Positions 22,272 to 30,123 of a stretch of DNA of 30,123 nucleotides are shown here, in pieces. The stretch lies in assembly GCA_030141605.1 (NCBI GenBank), contig JAQGDQ010001105.1, positions 1 to 30,123 on the forward strand, given 5' to 3'. Under the pieces are notes generated by a model. It did not search any database and was not told the DNA's origin. It saw only the letters and a list, made by a program, of their open reading frames with translations. How positions within the stretch are numbered: position 1 is the first letter of the stretch; the number at the start of each line of letters is the position of its first letter. The translations under genes were made by a program, and so were the position numbers. This stretch comes from Tubiluchus corallicola (lineage: Eukaryota > Animalia > Priapulida).

Positions 22272-23238
22272 CAGTACAGCAGCACAGTTGGGCAGCATGG
22301 CGTAGCCCAGTACCAGTAGCAGCACAGCACAACACGGCATAGTCCAAAACCAGTACGACACAATACGGCATAGCCTAGCACTAGCACAGCACAGCATGGC
22401 ATAATCTAGCACCAGCATAGTACAGCACCAGGACAGCAAAACACAGGAAAGCCCAGCGCCAACACTGCATAGTACAGCGTAAGCACAGCACAGCACAACA
22501 CAGCATAGCACAGCATTAGCACAACACAGCACAGCACAGCATAGCCCAGCACTAGCACAGCACAGCACAGCATAGCCCAGCATCAACACAGCATAACACA
22601 GCATAGCCCAGCACCAGCACAGCACAAAAATGCATAGCCCAGCACTAGCACAGCACAGCACAGCACAGCATTGCCCAGCACCAGCACAGCATAACAATAC
22701 ATAGCCCAGCACTAGCACAGCATTGCCCAGCATCAGCATAGCACAAGCACAGCACAACACAGCATTGCCCAGCATCAGCACAGTACAACAGAACACAGCA
22801 TAGTCCAGCACTAGCACAGCACAGCATTGCCCAGCATCAGCACAGTACAACAGAACACAGCATAGTCCAGCACTAGCACAGCACAGCATTGCCCAGCATC
22901 AGCACAGCACAACAGAACACAGCATAGTCCAGCACTAGCACAGCACAGCATTGCCCAGCATCAGCACAGCACAACACAACACAGCATAGTCCAGCACTAG
23001 CACAGCACAGCATAGCCCAGCATCAGCACAGCACAACACAACACAGCATAGTCCAGCACTAGCACAGCACAGCATTGCCCAGCATCAGCACAGCACAACA
23101 GAACACAGCATAGTTCAGCACTAGCACAGCACAGCATAGCATAGCCCAGCACCAGCACGAACACAACATTGCATAGCCCAGCACAAGCACAGTGAAACAA
23201 AGCATATCTTAGCAGCACAGCATAGCACAGCACAGCAA
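22272..23238. repeat. Degenerate (CAGCA)n satellite with ~62-bp higher-order unit
   Basis: CATTGCCCAGCATCAGCACAG...CATAGTCCAGCACTAGCACAGCACAG recurs at ~22760-23130. Confidence 0.9.
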
Positions 23239-23534
23239 AACTCAGGGCAAAGCTGTATAATATCTTACTATATAAAAAGAAACACAACACAACAACATCC
23301 TTGCTGTCTTTGATCAATGATTTCGTGATTATGCTTTGCGTGTTTGCTTATACACGTATAATTAAGAAATAATACATTGTTATAGTGCACATTGTAGTAT
23401 AGTTGCTCTAACAATATACTCATTAACCACAATGCTTGGAGGAATTATGAACATTATCGATATAATGCGTGTGGGAGATATAATCTTTAGACGCTGAAGA
23501 ACAATTTCTTAGCTTCAATATCTCTGGTAAAAAA

Positions 23535-24244
23535 CAGTAACAATGGCAGCAATAGCAGCAGCAGCAACAACAACAGCTACAGCAACGGCAACAGCAACAG
23601 CAGAAATAGCGGCAGCAGCAGTAACAGCAGCAGTAGAAGCATAAGCAGCAGCAGCAACAGAACAACAGGATCAACAGCAGCAGCTACAACAGGAGCAACA
23701 GCAGCAGCATCAACAATAACAAAAACAACAGGATCAGCAGCAGCAGCTACAGCAATAGCAGCAGTAGCAGCAACAACAACAGAACAACAGGATCAACAGC
23801 AGCAGCTACAACAACAACACCAGCAGCAACAACAAGAGGAACAACAGTAACAACAGCAGCAGCAGCAGCAGCAATAGCAGCAGAAACAACAATAGTAACA
23901 GCAGTAGCTGCAACAGGAGCAACAGTAGCAGCAACAACCGTAGAAACAACAGTAACAACAGCAGCAGCAGCAGCAATAGCAGCAGAAACAACAATAGTAA
24001 CAGCAGTAGCTGCAACAGGAGCAACAGTAGCAGCAGCAACAACAACAACAGCAGCAGCAACAACCGTAGGAACAACAGGAGCAACAGTAACAGCAGCAGT
24101 AAAAACAACAGCTACAGCTACATCAACAGCAGAAACAGCAACAGCAGCAGAAACAGCAGCAGTAGAAGCATAAGCAGCAACAGCAACAACAACAGCTACA
24201 GCTACAGCAACAGCAGCAGCAGTAACAGCAGCAGTACAAACATA

Positions 24245-24275
<31 letters not shown>

Positions 24276-24300
24276 ACAACAGCAATGGCAACAGCAGCAG
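23535..24300. repeat. Degenerate (CAG/CAA)n trinucleotide region
   Basis: Direct inspection; stops interrupt the polyQ frame. Confidence 0.9.
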
Positions 24301-25443
24301 TATCAAAAGTAGTAATTTTTATTTTTTCAATACATTCTCGTGTTAGGTAATTTGTTTAGAGTTGTAGTGCAGTGTTTTCAAATAGAAGCCATTTGCTAAG
24401 TTGGCTTCTTTCGCTTCTTTGGCTTCTACACTTTTAACAAGGTTTTCGAACTTTAAAAGCAGCAACGAAGTTATTTTAAAAGTAATGAAGAGTAATGGAG
24501 GCTTTGTGTCAGCACCAGTTACACAGCTCTTTTTAGCAAAGGCAGCCCTGATCAATTAAAAAAACCAGGGGTGAAGTTCTTTGTTTTTGAGATTATAAAA
24601 ACAATTTCAAATGATCATTTTTACGCAGTTTACGTCAACCATAGTGCCTGTTTGATGTAAGTGACTGTAGCAGGACCGGAAACTGGTTCTTTGATAACAA
24701 TCTCTGAGACACTGAACCACCAGGCGTGCCGTTATCACGGTCTGACTCATACGTATGTTCTTAACGGAAGACATAGTCGCAATACAGATTACTCACCCGG
24801 GGCGTGCTGCTCAGCATCGACGCGAAGTGGACAACGTGACCTCTCGGCTATTTTATCAGGCCCTAGTTAACCTGGTCGTAATGGACTAACTGCATTACAA
24901 CTCATAAATTAATTATATATGCCTGTCAGCACTCGACAAGAGCACTCATTACAGCTGCTAGTGCAACGTTTGGTCAAGATGACGTCTTGGAAAGTATCAA
25001 AAGAAGCGGGTTCAAATCTATCTCAGGCTTTTATTTTCAATTAAAAAACCAACCCTTGAACAGGACACACTTGGGGTCGGATTTTGATTTTGCAGACCCC
25101 CGGGCTACAGATACCACAAGGCCTCGGTCCCCAGTAACAATTAGCAAAAGCATGAATGTTGGATTCTTCAAATCAGTTGATTTAACTTTTACAACATAAT
25201 GCAAACATTAGGTCCACATAGACTCGTGCAAGTTTAACACATCAAAAACAGAAGAGATGTTCTCATATTTACAAAATTAAAATAAGTTTTGGAAATATTA
25301 AGTATAATACGTACAAATGTGATCACAACTTTAAATTTATCAATTACACGAGGCGCTTATCACCTGTTTCATTGCTGAAACTTTCTAACATAGATAGATA
25401 TTTCTCAGACATTAATATAAACTCAGGAATGGCTTTTCATTAA

Positions 25444-26124
25444 AGGGCAAGAAAAGGGGTACCTAAAGTAGGTTTCAGAAAAATCGCCTTAAAAAATTAT
25501 ATTACTTTATAGCAATTTTATGCGTACATCTTACTTGCGCTGAAAGGAATTTTAGTTTGTCTTCATTTTAAATCTCCTGCAATACTGTTCCGAAGTCGCC
25601 ATTACATGACGTCATGTACCAAACGTAAATCAAGGGAAGAAAAGGCAACGTTAAATTGTATCTCAAAAGACTTTCCGTGCAAATCTATATTACTTAGATT
25701 TTCGTTTACCTACTAGAAAGACTTGTGTAACTAGAAAAGAAAATTATTAATTATTTAAAATGTTTTCACCAATTGGTAAAATGTTACTGACTCACCTCCA
25801 GGGTGCACCACTCACTAACCAAAAACGTATTTTTAATCTCATTGACAAGATACAGTAATTTTAAATTTTATTTAGTTAGTGACTTGTGCGCTACGAATGC
25901 TCTGATTATTTTTTCAAACTTTACAAAATGTTACCTAAACTTGTTCAAATGACCTGTCATCAAAATGGCTGCGTGTAATGGTCATCGCGGGAGTTTAAAT
26001 TTACATGTTTTATACAGCGTGACTGCCGATTGAAGTCCTGCACGCAAAATGGCAGTATGTAAGTGATATAAAATTTCAAGACGAATTTTTCAAGCTTTAT
26101 GTTTATGAAGGGTTTTCTTGTGCT
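25444..26124 (+). mobile_element. Family B non-autonomous DNA transposon, full length (681 bp), TTAA TSD, Kolobok-like
   Basis: TTAA|AGGGCAAGAAAA ... TTTTCTTGTGCT|TTAA; four further partial copies in the window. Confidence 0.85.
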
Positions 26125-26398
26125 TTAAGTTCTGTAAGCGCTTGCGAAGTTAAATTTCTAATAATCCACACAAAATCATTCGGACAAGTTCCGCTTTTCA
26201 AGAAAATCCACAAATAACGAAAGGCGAGATCAATGTTAAAATTTCCGTTTGAATTGCGCTCGTTTTATTTTCGGTATTCTTCTTCTTCTTTCAAAGTCTC
26301 ACTCCATCTGTTATAGACACTGACGCATTACAATTTATTAGAGCATTTACCCCACCCCTGTCAGCAGCTAACAGTGCAAGTTCTTTCACTCCAAAAGC

Positions 26399-26591
26399 TT
26401 ACGCATTACCTATTACGCATTACGAATTACGCATTACGCATTACGCATCACGCATTACGCATCACAGATCACGCATTACGCATCACAGATCACGCATTAC
26501 GCATCACAGATCACGCATTACGCATTACAGATAACGCATTACGCATTACAGATAACGCAATACGCATCACAGATCACGCATTACGCATTAC
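26399..26591. repeat. 7-bp repeat (TTACGCA/TCACAGA) with 21-bp period
   Basis: Direct inspection. Confidence 0.9.
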
Positions 26592-26639
26592 CCGCATATG
26601 GAGTCGTAGTTCTAGTTTTTCTACTCCTAAAGAAAGATT

Positions 26640-27625
26640 TGGTTGAAGTTGTTGAACATCTATATTTATCTTAGCTATCCAAGTTGTTTTAGGTTTATCA
26701 GGTGTTTTTTGCAAGATTCTAAGGCGATTCTTACTTGGCAATCTTATCAGATGTCCTAGCCATCTTAATCTTCGGATCTTGACTTTTGAACTCCCAGAAA
26801 TTTCTCTGTGTATAAATTTTCGTTTTGATTATGTATCTCTTAAAAGTATCTGTAGGCCATCTTAGCTTTAAAACTTTCCTCCGAAGGCTTCTATGAAATG
26901 TGTCATAAATATGTACATAAATATGCTGATAACGTAAGGGTTAGATAATCGAAGTCTTATGCTAACACTTAATTTATTGCTAGTCAATACATTCTTCCAT
27001 GGAAGAAAAGCTTGCATTGTTTGTTCATTTCTACTTTTAGATGATCTTCAGTGTTTAGAAAAGTGTCCACGCGCTTGCACTTTTTCCCAGATCGAGTACC
27101 ATCTCTCTTTTTTATTTTCATTTTTATTTTTATTTATTAAATATATCCACAATGATCATTACAGCATTGTACATAAAAGTATTTAATAGCATATTTATTA
27201 TTATGTGCACAAGATGCCAAGCCGCAAATGACCCGTGGGGTACTCAAGAAGTAATTACTTGTTTAGAGTACCGTTTACTTGTTTATTAATGTCTTGCAGT
27301 AATACATTCTTCTGTTTTAGACTGGTTTACTTGAAGATTCCTTTTCTCCGGTTTTTTTTTGATAAATCTCTTTAAGGTTTTAAGGTTTTAAGGCGATTCT
27401 TACTTGGTAATCTTAAGTGTCCTTGTGATCTTTAATCTTCGGATCTTGATTTTTGAACTTTCGTTCTAGTGTACAAATCTTCATTTTTGATTATGCGAGG
27501 CCATCTTAGCTTTAAAACTTTCCTTATAAGACTTCTATGAAATGTGTCAATCTGCTTTTCTTGATTAATCGTTAAACCCCGCGTTTCACTATTGTACATA
27601 AATGTGCTGGTAAATAAATATTCAG
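26640..27625 (-). mobile_element. Decayed RTE-like LINE fragments, two tandem partial copies of the RT C-terminal region
   Basis: Minus strand: FMYNSETRGLTINQEKQIDTFHRSLIRKVLKLRWPRIIKNEDLYTRTK (~27465-27610), NLQVNQSKTEE (~27310-27340), KLSVSIRLRLSNPYVISIFMY, DTFHRSLRRKVLKLRWP, KIRRLRWLGHLIRLP, KPKTTWIAKINID (26660-26975). Confidence 0.8.
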
Positions 27626-27654
27626 TATTGCTAGAACAATAACATAACGAATAG

Positions 27655-28320
27655 ACAGCATTCGTAATTAGATTTCAAGATGGCCGATCTTGAATCAAAA
27701 TAATCTAAGGCAATTTATCTCCTTCTGAACAACATAGGAATAACATTACTCGGCGAAAAATTCATTTCACTTTTTTGACAAAGAATTTTCATTTTTGCTC
27801 TGTTATGCTATTGAAACTGCAGCCATTTTGGACTTCAAGATGGCCGCTTTTAAAGTAAAATAATTTAAGCCAATGTATCGCTTTCTGAAAAATATAGAAA
27901 GAAAATCAATCGTCTAAAATTTCATTTCAGTTTTGTGACAAAGCATTTTCATTTTGGCTTTGTTACGATGTTGAAACTGCAGCCATTTTGGACTTTAAGA
28001 TGGCCGATTTTAAAGTAAAATAATTTAAGCCAATGTATCGGTTTCTGAAAAATATAGAAAGAAAATTAATCGTTTAAATTTCATTTCAGTTTTGTGACAA
28101 AGAATTTTCATTTTGGCTTTGTTACGATGTTGAAACTGCAGCCATTTTGGCTTTTAAGATGGCCGATTTAAACCCGCACAGTTTAAGGCGGATTATAAAT
28201 TTTTAAGCAACATTAAAACAAAATGTGGCCAAATTTCCACATTTCTGACAAAGAAATACTGTTTTCGCATTCTTACGATGCCTTATTGCAACCATTTTGA
28301 ATTTAAAGATGGCCACCAGA
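27655..28320. repeat. ~160-bp tandem repeat (~4 units) with palindromic GCCATTTTG..AAGATGGC motif
   Basis: AAGATGGCC at ~27677, 27837, 27997, 28156, 28306. Confidence 0.9.
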
Positions 28321-28678
28321 AAAAGTGTTTTTACTCCTATTTTGCCTTATCTAATCAATAGAGTTTGCTCTGTTACATAACTTGTACATGGGAATAGATA
28401 TTTGCACGTTAGCAGGCATAATTACTCACACCTGCAGTCCAAACAATATCACATAATTATGTTTAATCAAGCGAGTCTAGGTAGTGAATCTTCTACCTGT
28501 AATTACGCAACAGGTAAAAGCGAGATGAGTATCTGTGTTTTGCACCTGTGGTTAATTACGCCGGGTGCTATGCTGCTGTAGCGAAGAGATTAATGCGTAT
28601 TGCCTAAGAGATCATGGATAGAAATGATCAGAAAGAGGTCACTCTGGGATAGGTCACTCCGATTTCCAGGAAACTTCC

Positions 28679-29288
<610 letters not shown>

Positions 29289-30006
29289 AGAATAATGTAA
29301 AACATTGAAACTGATTTTGTCAAACATTGTAAATCTTGTACATGCTGAGTACATGCTCAGTACATGCTCAACACAGCGTGCTGAACCGCTTGTAATTTAA
29401 AAGGATTTACTTTTATCGAGCTCCCAATCTTTTATACTTGCACTGATGAAAATGATTCAGCCTCTCTAATGAAATTTCATAACTGAATAATATCTGTAAA
29501 CAGGAACCTACTGAACACAGATAAGAATGTCAGAGAAAAATTGATGCTTCGTAGAAAAACTTTTCATTAGGCTAACTCTATTATAACAAAATGTCAGACC
29601 ATAGACGAGTTTCACGAAAAAAAGAAGAAATTATTTCCCATGCGCAGTAGTTGAGCACAAAGAGCCATAGAAATGTATTTGTGTTCCGTTATGTTAAAAG
29701 CAACGTGAATATTAAATGTCAGTTCCATTCTCTGGTTACGTTTTTATATAAAGTGAGACGGAGAACGCGAGGGGATCTGAATATTACAACTGGGAAAAAG
29801 TAGTCCGGCGGAAACTAGTTCAGGCAGAGGGGTGGTCGAATTACTGCTAATGCAGAATGGCATCAAATATGAGGGACGATTAGACAGTGTAATGTTTTCA
29901 ACGTACGTGTTATGTAATGCTTAAATGATAATAGCAAATATTGCGATCAAATACCCCTTAGAGAAATGAGAAACTATGTCAGTTTATGCTTTAGTTTTTA
30001 TACAGA

Positions 30007-30123
30007 ACTACACTACACTACACTACACTACACTACACTACACTACACTACACTACACTACACTACACTACACTACACTACACTACACTACACTACACTA
30101 CACTACACTACACTACACTACAC
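30007..30123. repeat. (ACTAC)n pentanucleotide repeat running off the window end
   Basis: Direct inspection. Confidence 0.97.

Noticed and set aside
24788-24875. Minus-strand exon with strong GG|GTGAGT donor
   Set aside because: All three frames of the putative exon contain stops; no partner exons identified.
30007-30123. Telomeric repeat
   Set aside because: (ACTAC)n is not a telomere motif I recognise; ordinary pentanucleotide microsatellite cut by the window edge.

Overview
AT-rich, repeat-dense eukaryotic DNA, most likely from an invertebrate animal (inferred from the repeat content; the species cannot be identified). The only convincing host gene is an intronless AQP8-type aquaporin ORF (~2138-3202, +). 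It sits in the ~1.95 kb spacer of a large near-perfect inverted repeat (arms ~1-2201 and ~4145-6966). Each arm carries the same ~1.3 kb upstream region, an ATG and a 72-bp tandem array (11 vs 20 units). The array unit matches the N-terminal coding segment of the aquaporin, with a stop codon in every unit, so the gene currently has no uninterrupted ATG-initiated full-length frame. The other 23 kb is non-genic: TTAA-flanked non-autonomous DNA transposons (Kolobok-like), decayed LINE fragments (CR1/L2-like and RTE-like), 5S-rRNA-like fragments, minisatellites (15, 32, 46, 66, 71, ~160 bp) and many microsatellites. All comparisons were made by eye; no database searches were run.
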